Assembly: GCA_963839665.1 (NCBI GenBank)
Contig: CAWIWB010000003.1
Location: forward strand, 85,626 to 149,625
Source: an uncultured Verrucomicrobiae bacterium
Lineage (GTDB): Bacteria; Verrucomicrobiota; Verrucomicrobiia; Chthoniobacterales; UBA10450
DNA length: 64,000 nt
Direction: 5' to 3'
A program made the position numbers and the translations under genes. The notes beneath the pieces were generated by a model. The model was given only the letters and a program-made list of their open reading frames with translations. It searched no databases and had not been told where the DNA came from. Below are positions 48,591-60,455 of the stretch, piece by piece (within the stretch, counting starts at the first letter, position 1; each line of letters opens with the position of its first letter).

Positions 48591-49775
48591 ATGGTCGCTG
48601 GATTCGAAAAACAGCTTTCTCAGACGCTGGAAGAAATTAAATCGCAAGGCCTGTTTAAAACCGAGCGGGTCATCACCAGTCCCCAGGATGCCCACATTGC
48701 GATCACGGGCGGCAAACGCGTGCTGAACATGTGCGCGAATAACTATCTTGGCCTGGCCGATCATCCCGCGCTAATTGCCGCGGCCAAAGAAGCGCTCGAC
48801 ACGCATGGTTTCGGCATGGCGAGCGTGCGTTTCATCTGCGGCACACAGGACATTCACAAGGAGCTGGAAGCCGCACTTTCGAAATTCCTCGGGACTGAGG
48901 AAACGATCCTTTATCCCTCCTGCTTCGACGCCAACGGCGGATTGTTCGAAACGCTGCTCACCGAGAAAGACGCGGTGATCAGCGATGAATTGAATCACGC
49001 CAGCATCATCGACGGCATCCGCCTCTGCAAAGCGCAACGGTTTCGCTACAAGCACAGCGACATGGCAGATCTGGAAGCGCAACTCCGCGCGGCGCAAGAT
49101 GCGCGCTTCAGATTGGTTGCCACTGACGGTTGTTTCTCGATGGACGGCACAATCGCGAACCTCTCGGCCATTTGCGACCTCGCCGAAAAATACAACGCGC
49201 TGACGATGATCGACGACGCACACGCTACCGGTTTTCTTGGCAAAACCGGACGCGGCACGCACGAATATCGCGGAGTGATGGGCAGAATCGATATCATCAC
49301 CGGCACGCTTGGGAAGGCTCTCGGCGGCGCCAGCGGCGGCTTCACCAGCGGTCGAAAGAAAATTGTCGATCTTCTGCGGCAACGTTCACGGCCTTATCTA
49401 TTTTCCAACACAATCGCCCCACCGGTCGTTGCTGCTTCCCTGAAAGCGCTCGAGCTTCTCAGCGCATCGACCGAACTGCGCGACAAGCTTGAGAAAAACA
49501 CAAAGTTCTTCCGCACTGCGGTGACGGAACGCGGTCTGACCATCAAGCCAGGCGTGCATCCGATCGTTCCGATCATGATTGGCGACGCTGCAAAGTCGCA
49601 AAAGTTCGCTGCGCGCATGTTGGAGAAAGGCGTTTACGTGATTGGCTTCTTTTATCCGGTCGTCCCGCATGGGACCGCGCGCGTCCGCACGCAGGTCTCC
49701 GCCGCGCATTCGCGCGAAGACTTGGAATTCGCGGTTAATGCCTTCGCGGAAGTGAACGAAGAGCTGGCAAAATAG
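48591..49775 (+). CDS. kbl: glycine C-acetyltransferase (2-amino-3-ketobutyrate CoA ligase)
   Basis: 394-aa alpha-oxoamine synthase. Contains [20 protein letters not shown] and the PLP lysine region [15 protein letters not shown]. Confidence 0.9.
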   Translation: MVAGFEKQLSQTLEEIKSQGLFKTERVITSPQDAHIAITGGKRVLNMCANNYLGLADHPALIAAAKEALDTHGFGMASVRFICGTQDIHKELEAALSKFLGTEETILYPSCFDANGGLFETLLTEKDAVISDELNHASIIDGIRLCKAQRFRYKHSDMADLEAQLRAAQDARFRLVATDGCFSMDGTIANLSAICDLAEKYNALTMIDDAHATGFLGKTGRGTHEYRGVMGRIDIITGTLGKALGGASGGFTSGRKKIVDLLRQRSRPYLFSNTIAPPVVAASLKALELLSASTELRDKLEKNTKFFRTAVTERGLTIKPGVHPIVPIMIGDAAKSQKFAARMLEKGVYVIGFFYPVVPHGTARVRTQVSAAHSREDLEFAVNAFAEVNEELAK

Positions 49776-49846
49776 TCTGTCCTCATCGCAAGGGAGCCAA
49801 GCGACATAATCCTTGCCCCTCGGCGGTTACTTTTTCAAACTAAGAC

Positions 49847-50596
49847 GTGCCGAGCAAGACAGAGGATCTCGCCCAGGGCCGCTTCAACACGACGCATTGG
49901 TCCATCGTACTTGCGTGCAGTGGTGAAAACGATACGGACCAGGCGCGGGAGGCGTTGGCCCAGCTTTTCCAAACATATTGGTATCCTCTTTACGCATACA
50001 CGCGGCGGCGCGGTTACGGAGAACAGGACGCGGAAGATCTGGTCCAGGCGTTCTGCCTCCATTTGCAGGAGAAACATGCACTGGCGAAGGCCGATCCGCA
50101 GCGCGGAAAATTCCGCACTTTTCTTCTTAGTTCGCTGCAAAATTTTTTGGCCAATGAAAAAGCACGTGCCCACGCGCAGAAACGCGGCGGGGGTCACGAG
50201 ATAATCTTTCTTGATGCTGAAGACGCGCGTACGCGCTATCGCCTTGAGCCGGCACACAAGCTCACGCCGGAGGCGATCTTCGAGATGCGCTGGGCACATG
50301 CAGTCCTCGAAGAGACTCTGACCGGTTTGCGTGCTGATTTCGTCGCAAGGGGAAAAGAGCGTTTGTTCGATGGGCTCACGGCATTTCTGACTATGGATGA
50401 GCCGGCGGATTCATATCAACAGGCTGCGACACGGCTCGGACTGCCTTTGAGCGCACTAAAAACGACGGTGCACCGTCTTCGACAGGATTACAGAACAAAA
50501 CTCCGGGAAGAAATCGGCAGGACTGTTTCTGCACCCGACGAGATCGAGGATGAACTGCGTTATCTTCGCAAGGTACTCGCCGGCGCTGAGAGCTAA
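49847..50596 (+). CDS. ECF-type RNA polymerase sigma factor (kinase-associated type)
   Basis: GTG start. Contains RFNTTHWSIVL...LFQTYWYPLYAYTRRRGYGEQDAEDLVQAF (region 2) and a C-terminal region 4 HTH (SYQQAATRLGLPLSALKTTVHRLR). A Ser/Thr kinase gene follows directly. Confidence 0.75.
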   Translation: MPSKTEDLAQGRFNTTHWSIVLACSGENDTDQAREALAQLFQTYWYPLYAYTRRRGYGEQDAEDLVQAFCLHLQEKHALAKADPQRGKFRTFLLSSLQNFLANEKARAHAQKRGGGHEIIFLDAEDARTRYRLEPAHKLTPEAIFEMRWAHAVLEETLTGLRADFVARGKERLFDGLTAFLTMDEPADSYQQAATRLGLPLSALKTTVHRLRQDYRTKLREEIGRTVSAPDEIEDELRYLRKVLAGAES

Positions 50597-50609
50597 CGGC
50601 TAACGATTG

Positions 50610-51916
50610 ATGATGCGCTGTGCTCGTTGTGACGCCGAATTGACAGGCGGAACAGTCACCGGTCTTTGTCCGGTTTGTTTAATCGACACGGCGTTGCCGG
50701 AAGCAAGCGCCAGCCAGACGATGGCGCCTTTCGTTACGATCTGATCGAAGAAATCGGACGTGGAGGGATGGGCGTAGTCTATCGCGCGATGCAGCACGGC
50801 TCGCAACGTCAGGTGGCCGTGAAAATGATTCTGGCCGAGCAGGTCGCGACGCCGGGAATGCTGGAAAGATTTCGCGCCGAAGGCGAGGCGATCGCCAGCC
50901 TCGATCATCCGCATATTCTTCCCATCTACGAAACCGGCGAGATAGACGCGACGCCTTTTTACAGTATGCGCCTCGTAAGCGGAGGCACTTTGCGCGAATG
51001 CCTCGTCGATTTTCAGGCGCAGCCACGTCAGGCCGCGAAGTTGATGACAACGGTCGCCCGTGCGGTTCATCACGCCCATCAGCGTGGGATTCTCCATCGC
51101 GATCTCAAACCGGGAAATATTCTGCTCGATGGTGTCGAACGTTCGCCTTTCGTCTCTGACTTCGGGCTCGCAAAATGGCTGGGCCGCAACAACCGTTTGA
51201 CCATTGCGACGAGTGCCCTCGGCACGCCGCATTACATCGCTCCGGAGCAAGCTTCCGGAGCGTCGAAAGAACTGACTCCAGCCGCGGACGTTTATAGTCT
51301 TGGCGCGATTCTTTATGAATTGCTGGCCGGACGTCCGCCATTCGTTGCCGATACGCCCTTGGAAACGTTGCGCCTCGCCGCCGACACACCGCCTCCCGCG
51401 CCACGAACTTTCAAAGCAACAATCCCGCGCGATCTCGAATTGATCTGTTTGAAATGTCTCGCGAAGGAACCAGCCGCACGATATGCCTCTGCCGCCGCTC
51501 TCGCCGAGGATTTGGAAAGGTGGCTGGAAGGCCACACGATTCTCGCCCGGCCGGCGACCCCGATCGAGCGGGCCTGGCGATGGACGACACGCAATCGAAC
51601 TGTCGCCGCTCTTTCCGGCGCGCTCCTGGTCGCGTTGCTTTCGGTCTTCGGCTTGCTCGCTTATCACCGTTCGCAGGAAAGGCCGGCCGTTCCATCCGTT
51701 CCCGCGAAAAGCGTTGCGATTCTCCCGTTCGAAAACCTCAGTCGCGACGCAGACAACGCCTATTTCGCGCAAGGCGTGCAGGAGGAAATCGTGACGCGGC
51801 TCGGCAAAATCGCGGACTTGAAAGTCATCTCGCGCAGCTCAACCGAACGCTTCAGCGGTCCGATAAATTCGCTGGCAGGGGTTTGGCACAAACGCCTTTA
51901 CAACTTGCAATTGTAG
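50610..51916 (+). CDS. Ser/Thr protein kinase (N-terminal zinc ribbon in a different frame; C-terminus ends in a repeat)
   Basis: Kinase core FRYDLIEEIGRGGMGVVYRA...HRDLKPGNILL...DFGLAK...APE, in ORF 50666..51916. The usual N-terminal MMRCARCDAEL...CPVCL is encoded from ATG 50610 in another frame (stop 50742), implying an indel near 50700..50725. The stop TAG lies inside the repeat at 51912. Confidence 0.75.
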
Positions 51917-52018
51917 CCGTCGCCCTGTGGGCGACGCTCGACGCTATCGCACAGCGAAGCGGCTACAGCTCTGCGGCTGACACAGCCGCCGCTACACATC
52001 AACGTTTCGTCGCGCGCT
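51912..52018. repeat. hairpin repeat, family C
   Basis: tgtagccgtcgccctgtgggcgacgc is identical to 17282..17307. It is followed by ...cacagcgaagcggctacag and a second gctgacacagccgccgctaca module. Confidence 0.7.
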
Positions 52019-52061
52019 GCGAATAAGGTGGCGCGCGGCGGCGCGTGTAGCAGATTAAAGG

Positions 52062-53364
<1,303 letters not shown>

Positions 53365-53368
<4 letters not shown>

Positions 53369-53829
53369 GCTCGGAAATTGAAGAGCTTTACCAGGAGGTG
53401 ATCCTCGATCATTCGCGGCGGCCGCGGAATTTTGGCGAGCTGCCCGACGCTGCCGTGCTGGTGCATGGTGATAATCCAGCGTGCGGGGACGAAATTCATC
53501 TAGCCGTAAAATTCGATGCGAACGGCGGTTTGGAAGACATCAAATTCAGCGGACACGGTTGCGCGATCAGCCAGGCTTCGGCGTCATTGATGACAATGAA
53601 ATTGAAGGGCAAAAGCCGGGCGGAAGTAATGGAAATGCTCCGAGCATTTCACGATCTTGTGACAGCCGACACGAGCGAAGCTCCGAAGGCGCTCGGCGAT
53701 CTGCGCGTGATGCAGGGCGTTCGAAAATTCCCGCAGCGGGTGAAGTGCGCGATGCTAGCGTGGCGCGCGGTGCAGCAGGCGTTCGAGCAAGGCTCCGGTG
53801 AAGCAACGGTGTCAACGGAACCCGCGTAA
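53365..53829 (+). CDS. sufU: SUF system Fe-S cluster assembly scaffold SufU (NifU/IscU-like)
   Basis: LYQEVILDHSRRPRNFG...NPACGDEIHL...GHGCAISQASASLM. Its start overlaps the sufS stop. Confidence 0.85.
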
Positions 53830-53852
53830 TCGCGCGCTCGAACGTCCAAAGC

Positions 53853-54376
53853 GTGGACGGCGTACAGATTCGGACCGCCATCGTTAGAGCGATGCTGCGG
53901 CGATTGCTGAAATTTACAATCAAGGCATCGAGGACCGCGTCGCCACCTTCGAAACGGAGCGCCGATCTGCGGAAGATCAGCAGGCGTGGCTTCGATCCAT
54001 CGCTGGTCGTTATCCCGCCGTTGTTGCGCAAATCGATGGCGAAATCATCGGTTGGGCCGGCGCTGGGCCCTACCGGGAGCGGGAATGTTATCGGGGCATC
54101 GGCGAATTTTCGATGTACGTCCATCGCGACTGGAGAGGCCGAGGCGTTGGTGATCTGTTGGTCGTTGCTCTCATCAGCGAAGCGGAGCGACTGGGATTGT
54201 GGAAATTGCTATCGCGCATTTTTCCGTTCAACGAGGCCAGCCGCGCGCTTTGTCGCAAACACGGATTTCGTGAGGTCGGCGTGTACGAGAAACATGCGCG
54301 ACTCGATGGCCGCTGGCTTGACGTCGTGATCGTCGAGCGGCTTATCTCCGCGAACCTGAAAGCCGTCAGTTTGTGA
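53853..54376 (+). pseudogene. GNAT family N-acetyltransferase (phosphinothricin acetyltransferase-like) with a frameshift near the 5' end
   Basis: The frame of ORF 54113..54376 stays open back to 53888 and reads SDAAAIAEIYNQGIEDRVATFETERRSAEDQQAWL...MYVHRDWRGRGVG. The only start (GTG 53853, VDGVQIRTAIV) is in another frame. One base appears to be missing at 53886..53887. Confidence 0.7.
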
Positions 54377-54391
54377 CGCCTGAAGATTCCG

Positions 54392-55581
54392 CTATTCGTG
54401 CAGCGCGATGCTGGCGCCCACCCAGGTCTTGTCGATGTTGAAATCGACGCCCATCATTTTGCCCTGGCTCATCCGGACGAGATTGTTCACGAGCGTAGGA
54501 TCGCGATCCTGATCCGGCCACACAAACATCATTCGGATCTCCGCCTTCGATTTGTGACCGTCGATCGTCGGCACAAACGCGGCGTACTCGACTTTCCTCT
54601 GCAAAATCCATTCGTGCGGATTTTGCAACGCCAGCGATTTTTTCCCGCGTCGGCTCCATGTCCACACCGTGGCCGGCAAATGAATAAAGCGGTTTCAACA
54701 CGTAATCTCCGACCTTTTCGTCGGATGGAAATTCATCAACGAAAAACGTTGGCGAAGTGTGTTCGGTTTTGAGAAACGGCAGCGAATGCTTGCTGATCCG
54801 GAAATACCAGTTCGGGTGACCGACCCACGTGACATCGAGATCATCCTGTAAACGAAACTGTAAATTCAGATCGTGCCGTTGACTCAGTTCATCGAAGATC
54901 ACGCGATTATAAATTCGTTCGATTCGCACTTCGCGCCCGTCGCGATCGTAGAATAATTGCCGGCCGCGTTTCTTGATTTTGGTCACGCAAACCGGTCGAA
55001 CCCCGAGGAAGGTTTCGGTAGCGGCAAAATCCACGCGCGTTTTTTGTTTTTCCGGCTCGATCTCGAGCAACACCACACTCTCTAGTCGGTGAATCTGCAA
55101 TGATGGTGCGCCGCAGAAGTTCGAGATACGCGTCATCTTTGATTCCACCAAATGAGGAGGTCCAATTGCGCGGAATGACTGGGTAGGCTTTGCGGAAGCA
55201 ATCCAACAGCACCAACTGAAACCCGAACAAGCTGGGGAATGCCTGCAATTCGATCAAGCGCGGGACCAACCGATCTCCTTCGGCGCAAATTGCGAAATCG
55301 ACCACGTGAAAACTTGGGTGCGCCGATTGATTAGGCACTTCCAGGTCCTTCGGAACCGCAACCGCCGAGTGCCTGGCAAATTCCGGCGTGCGTGTCGCAG
55401 CTACGATCTCATTCGCGGCGCGCGTGACTTCATCCGTGAACTCGCGCGTTAGGAAAATCGGTGTCTCAGAAATCCGAAAATCCGCCGGCCACTTCTCGGT
55501 TTCATTCACACACCGCACCAGCGCATCGTATTTGTCCGGCGTAAAATCCGCGTTGAAACGCGAACGAAGTTGCGGATCCAC
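54392..55581 (-). pseudogene. ATP-grasp-like protein (glutathionylspermidine-synthase / circularly permuted ATP-grasp type), two frameshifts
   Basis: The consecutive pieces are ORF 54907..55581 (to ...LELLRRTIIADSP), ORF 54366..55151 (LESVVLLEIEPEKQK...HPNWYFRISKHSLPFL...YVLKPLYSFAGHGV) and ORF 54392..54679 (LALQNPHEWILQRKVEYAAF...MSQGKMMGVDFN). Frame changes lie at about 55086 and in the T6 run 54638..54643. The family call is tentative. Confidence 0.55.
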
Positions 55582-55601
55582 GATAATGGTTCCGACAAAG
55601 G

Positions 55602-55817
55602 CTACTCGCCGTTCGTCTGCTCAATCACGCTGTTGATGTGAATCGGGCCAAGGATAGCAGTAGTGCCCTCATCATCATAGACGACAACGCGATTACCCCG
55701 CGGAGAGATATGGGCATGATCCGGCCTTGGCACTGAATATTCGTGACCATCAGATGTCCGAACGGCGAATGGAACGAATGGAACGCGGTGCAAACGTTTT
55801 CTGATCTCATCGATCAT
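55602..55817 (-). CDS. hypothetical small protein (71 aa)
   Basis: It is tightly packed between the aminopeptidase stop (55824) and the ATP-grasp-like start (55581) on the same strand. I recognise no family. Confidence 0.4.
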   Translation of the reverse strand: MIDEIRKRLHRVPFVPFAVRTSDGHEYSVPRPDHAHISPRGNRVVVYDDEGTTAILGPIHINSVIEQTNGE

Positions 55818-55823
55818 GGCTTA

Positions 55824-56843
55824 TTATACTAAAAACTTGCCTTCCCTCATCACCTGTTGGCCATCGAACCAGATATCGAAATCCCGGCCCACGCAGTCAA
55901 TGTGCGTTTTGGAAGTCCAGTTTGCCCCCGTGTGCTCGGCGTAGGGATGACCAAATGCAATGTGGACTCCGGGAATTTTTTCGTCCTGCAAAATGTGTCC
56001 GATGACATGCGTGCAGGCGATATTTGTGCCGATGGCAAATTCGCCGACGCGATCGCTGTTTTCGTCGGTGTTTGTGTAGGCGCGAAATTCGTCGCGTAGA
56101 TCCTTGTTTTCGGAATGCAGCGCTCGGATACGATTATTTTCAACTTCAATCGTGAGTGGATTCGATTGCAGATCACCAAACCGTTCGCACAAGTAATCAC
56201 CGACCACGCCGTCCACCACAAATACGCCGTTCGTGTTCATGGGCGTGGTAAAAATTTCACCGCCGGGCAAATTGCCCCATTTGTCACGTGCAATGATGCC
56301 GCTGGTTTTCAGCCACTTGAGTTTCGGCGAGAGCTCCGCTACGAACTCGGTGCCGTGGGGCGTTTTGCAGGTGATGCGGTCGACCTGCCGCGCATGTTCG
56401 ACCAAGCGCTGGCTTAGCTTGTCGACTGCGCCAAAGTCGGCGCGCATGCCTTCGAGCATAATCTGGTGATTGATGTTCACCATGTGTGCGTGACGGATGT
56501 GGTGATGATTGACCACGTTTGTCATCTCGGTGCGCGAGCCCAGTTCACGCTGCTGAGTCTGCGCGGCAAAGATGGAGACCTGTGACAACGCGAGATCATC
56601 GAGAATAATTTCCGGCATATACTTGAGCGGCCGCGGCGCATGATGCTCGAGCACAAAGAGGCTGTAATCGGAACCGACGCGCTCGACCTCGCGTTGTAGT
56701 GCCGCGGCAATCTGCCGCGTGGCAGTGTCGGTGATAATGGTGATCCGCTCCTCCGGCTTCAATCGAAGACACGCCTCGATCGCGTTACGTGCACCCGGAA
56801 GCAATTCCGGATCAATTGGATGGAGATAAGTGCGGTCTGGCAT
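55824..56843 (-). CDS. M29 family aminopeptidase (aminopeptidase T/S-like)
   Basis: 339 aa. Contains GEIFTTPMNTNGVFVVDG...EFAIGTN...DEKIPGVHIAFG, typical of thermophilic metalloprotease M29. Confidence 0.75.
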   Translation of the reverse strand: MPDRTYLHPIDPELLPGARNAIEACLRLKPEERITIITDTATRQIAAALQREVERVGSDYSLFVLEHHAPRPLKYMPEIILDDLALSQVSIFAAQTQQRELGSRTEMTNVVNHHHIRHAHMVNINHQIMLEGMRADFGAVDKLSQRLVEHARQVDRITCKTPHGTEFVAELSPKLKWLKTSGIIARDKWGNLPGGEIFTTPMNTNGVFVVDGVVGDYLCERFGDLQSNPLTIEVENNRIRALHSENKDLRDEFRAYTNTDENSDRVGEFAIGTNIACTHVIGHILQDEKIPGVHIAFGHPYAEHTGANWTSKTHIDCVGRDFDIWFDGQQVMREGKFLV

Positions 56844-57036
56844 AACTGAAAGTTGAGAGATTTACTCGGAATCCAATCACAGGCAACCTCTGCTCTACGT
56901 GGCGACTTTGCCTGGAAAACGTTTTCATCAGCGCCGTGATATTCAGGATCTTCGGCCGAACGCCTGGGTGGATTAGCCACTTCGTGGAAACGAATCGACC
57001 CAAAGTCATTTTTCTGTCTAACATTAAAGCTAACCG

Positions 57037-57977
57037 ATGAATCTGACGACGAACTATCTCGGGCTCTCGCTGCGTTCGCCTTTGGTGCCGTCTGCCTCGC
57101 CGCTTTCGGAGAAGATCGACAACGTCCGCGCGATGGAACAAGCGGGCGCGGCCGCAGTGGTTTTTCATTCGTTGTTTGAAGAGCAAATCGAAACCACCGC
57201 AGCCGGAATTTCGCGTCGATCCGAACACTTATCTTGAGAACATCGCGCAGGCCAAGCGCACAGTCGGCATTCCAATCATCGGCAGTTTGAATTGCACCAC
57301 ACTCGGTGGCTGGATCAGTTACGCGCGCCGAATCGCCGAGGCCGGCGCCGACGCGTTGGAATTAAATATCTACAGAATACCGACACGACACCGAGGTCAC
57401 CGGCAGCACGACTGAAAATATTTACATCGAGACGGTTCGCAGTATTCGGGCTGCCACAAAGATTCCGCTCGCAGTCAAACTCAGTCCTTACTTCAGCAGT
57501 TTCGCAAACATGGCGATCAGTCTGGACGACCTGAATGTCGATGGCCTCGTGTTGTTCAACAGATTCTATCAGCCCGACATCGATCTGGAGAAAATGGAGG
57601 TCACGCCAAATTTCACGTTAAGCACCCCGGCTGATATGAGATTACCGCTGCATTGGATTGGCATCCTTTACGGGAAACTCCGGGCCAGTCTCGCAGCTAC
57701 AAGCGGCATTTATCAGGCACAAGACGTGATCAAGCTGGTGATGGCCGGCGCGGACGTGACCATGTTATGCAGCGCGCTGATGCGTCATGGGATCCCGCAC
57801 ATTCAGCGGCTGGAAATGGAGTTGGTCGCATGGCTGGAGCAACACCAGCGCAAATCCCTGGCCGAAATTAAAGGCATCATGAGTCAGCAGAATTGTCCTG
57901 ACCCCAGCGCATTCGAACGCGCGCAATACGTGCGCGGACTTTCCAGCTACACTTCGCTTTTTCCAATGCGGCGGTAG
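57037..57977 (+). pseudogene. dihydroorotate dehydrogenase-like (PyrD family) protein with two +1 frameshifts
   Basis: The three frames read [24 protein letters not shown]...[10 protein letters not shown] | [30 protein letters not shown]...[15 protein letters not shown] | [36 protein letters not shown]...FNRFYQPDIDL... Frame changes lie near 57195..57215 and at about 57386. The stop TAG lies inside the repeat at 57968. Confidence 0.75.
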
Positions 57978-58085
57978 CACAGGCATCTTGCCTGTGGGGC
58001 AACCGGGCGTCTCGCCTGGTCGATATCCTTTCGGCAGGCAAGATGCCTGCCGGCCCCACAGCCAAGATGGCTGTGCTACCGCCGC
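57968..58085. repeat. hairpin repeat, family D (gcggcggtagcacag...ctgtgctaccgccgc)
   Basis: A long imperfect palindrome with internal gcaggcaagatgcctgcc. It lies between two convergent genes. Confidence 0.7.
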
Positions 58086-58090
58086 CATCG

Positions 58091-59341
58091 CTAAACCGCG
58101 AGTCCTTCGTTCGTCTCGGCCACGATCTGATCGACCACGGCCTTCATGTCCTGTGTGCGTTCCCACACCATCAGTTGCCGGTCTGCGCCAGTGCCTTCGC
58201 GCATGATACGGTGGATGTGTTCGATCTCGTGCTCATTTCCCAGTTCCTCGACTTCATCGGAAACAAATTCGAGCATTTCCTCGAGCAACTCGCGCTCGTC
58301 TACTTCGCATTTCCGACCGAAATCGATCAGCTTGCCGTCGAGTCCGTAGCGGCCAGCGCGCCATCGGTTTTCGTCGAGCAAACGTTTTTGATAGCTGCGG
58401 AAGGTCACGTTATTACGGCGCAGTTTTTGCAATTTGAAAACAATCGCCTGCATGAGCGCCGCCAGCGCGATCGTGTCGTCAACGCGCGATTGCGCATCGC
58501 AAATGCGAAATTCAATGGTGTCGAAAAACGGGTGCAGCCGAACGTCCCACCAAATCTTCTTCGGATTATCGATGCAATTCGTGGCGACCAGCAATTTCCA
58601 ATAGTCTTCGTATTCGCTGAGACTTTGGAACGCGTCGGGGATGCCGGTGCGCGGAAGACGTTCAAAGATCATCTGGCGATATGCTTTCAGCCCGGTGTTT
58701 TGTCCCAGCCAAAAAGGTGAGTTCACCGAGAGCGCGTACAGATGCGGCAGGAAGTAACGCGCCTGATTCATGATGTCGATCGCCTCTTCGCGGTCCGGAA
58801 TTCCGACGTGAACGTGCAGGCCAAATGTCAAACAGACTCGCGCAACCTGCTGCATGTCATTTACGACCGTGGTGTAGCGCTCGTTGACCGTGATCAATTG
58901 ATCCATCCAATGAGAAAACGGATGCGTGCCGGCTGAAGCGATTACCAACCCGTGCTGCGCCGCAAGTTTGGCCAACTCAGTGCGAAGTGCAGTGATTTGC
59001 CGTCGCGCGTCTCGGGCATCGCTGCAAATCTCGGTGCCGATTTCCACAATCGACTGGTGCAGCTCCGGTTTGATCTGCTCCTTTAAAATGATTTTACCGT
59101 CGGCGAGAATTTGTTGGATGTACGAACGCAGTTCGCGCGTCTCGGGATCGATGATCTGCAATTCTTCCTCGATGCCGAGAGTGAAAACGTGATCGGGACT
59201 GCGAAGTCTCTTCGGTGTTTTCTTCAAATCGCTTGAGGCATTTTGCCGAGCAGAGGCAACGTCCATGGTATCAACTGTTGAAAGCATAGTTGATCGTGGG
59301 GTTTCTCTTCGCAACAGACTCTGCGGCGATTTGCGATTCAC
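58091..59341 (-). CDS. carboxylate-amine ligase (YbdK / glutamate-cysteine ligase family 2)
   Basis: FTLGIEEELQIIDPETRELRS...GTHPFSHW...FGLHVHVGIPD are the GCS2 hallmarks. The true start may be an internal ATG (59287 or 59266). Confidence 0.8.
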   Translation of the reverse strand: MNRKSPQSLLRRETPRSTMLSTVDTMDVASARQNASSDLKKTPKRLRSPDHVFTLGIEEELQIIDPETRELRSYIQQILADGKIILKEQIKPELHQSIVEIGTEICSDARDARRQITALRTELAKLAAQHGLVIASAGTHPFSHWMDQLITVNERYTTVVNDMQQVARVCLTFGLHVHVGIPDREEAIDIMNQARYFLPHLYALSVNSPFWLGQNTGLKAYRQMIFERLPRTGIPDAFQSLSEYEDYWKLLVATNCIDNPKKIWWDVRLHPFFDTIEFRICDAQSRVDDTIALAALMQAIVFKLQKLRRNNVTFRSYQKRLLDENRWRAGRYGLDGKLIDFGRKCEVDERELLEEMLEFVSDEVEELGNEHEIEHIHRIMREGTGADRQLMVWERTQDMKAVVDQIVAETNEGLAV

Positions 59342-59378
59342 TGGCTCTTTTTTGCGCCATGCCTGACGGCAACGCTAT

Positions 59379-60249
59379 TCATTTGCTCTCTGCCTGAACG
59401 GCTTGAGTAACTTCTGCTGGCGTCCAGGCGTTGCCACGCCAAATCCTCTCGACCGTTCCATTGCGATTGATCAGGGCGGTAGCCAGTCCATGTGAGATAG
59501 TGCCGCCCTCGGTTTGCCGGTAAACGGAAAACGCGCCAGTAAGCGAATCGATGTTTTTTTCGTCCCCGGTTGCGAAGGTCCAGATTTTGGGATCGGCGTG
59601 ATGAAACGCGGCGTAATCAGCTCAAAACTTTCGGCGTATCGTAGGCCGGATCCAGCGTGACGCTCAGCAACCGCGTCTTCGCAAGCGAGTCGCTGCCTGT
59701 TTTGATCGATGTCTGCAATTCCTCAAAATTGTTCGACATTCGCGGACAGAAATTTGGCACCGGACAGCGCGTGAAAACGAACGTGAGCACGAAAGGTTGA
59801 CCACGAAATGTGTCGAGTGAAATCCGCTCACCATTTTGATTCGTAAGGCTGAAGGGCGGCATCTCGTCGCCTTCTTTCAGACGCGCATCGTGCTCTGTGG
59901 AAACAGGTGACGTCCGTTTCGGTTCCGCAACATTGACCTCTTCGCGCCGGATCTTTTTCACATTGTCGATCCAGAAATCCTTTTGCGTAACAGTCATGCG
60001 AAATGAAATGGCCTCACCGGTCTTGAGATCTGCAACTTCCTTCGGATCGCGCGCGACGAACGGCATAGTCATCGACGGCATGAAGCCGGGAATATTCTCA
60101 TGCTGAATTTCAATCGCTGATCGGTCCGGCGAAAATCCCCGCACCACTCCACGCGTATCATAATGATCGGCGCCTTCGTCCGAGTTCGTTGAATGCCCAC
60201 AGCCGAGCAACGCGAGAGCTACACAGCCGGCCAGCAGGATTTTTTGCAT
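59379..60249 (-). pseudogene. CusF-like copper-binding domain fused to an SCO1/SenC thioredoxin-like protein (one frameshift)
   Basis: From ATG 60249: lipobox LLAGCVALALLGCG, a CusF-like IEIQHENIPGFMPSMTMPF, and the SCO motif FVFTRCPVPNFCP. After ...DPAYDTPKVL the sequence continues in another frame (ADYAAFHHADPKIWTFATGD...SHGLATALINRNG..., stop 59379..59381). One extra base lies at about 59622. Confidence 0.75.
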
Positions 60250-60455
60250 CGTCAGAATTGAAGTCGGCGGGAGATTTCGCGCCAGGAAAAAAGGCGCAAA
60301 ACGTTGATCTACATCAAGGCAGGAACTTCGGCCGCGGTCTAATCTTGAGGCAAATGAAGGCCAAACTGACCACAAAAATTGCGCAGCACTTCGCAAGATT
60401 AGCGGAGCCCGTTGTTGGCAATTCGCGTCAACTTGCCTGCAAAACCAAAACAATC

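Noticed and set aside
50600-51772. 390-aa minus-strand ORF opposite the Ser/Thr kinase
   Set aside because: The kinase frame carries all the canonical catalytic motifs. The antisense ORF is Arg/Gly-rich with no motifs.
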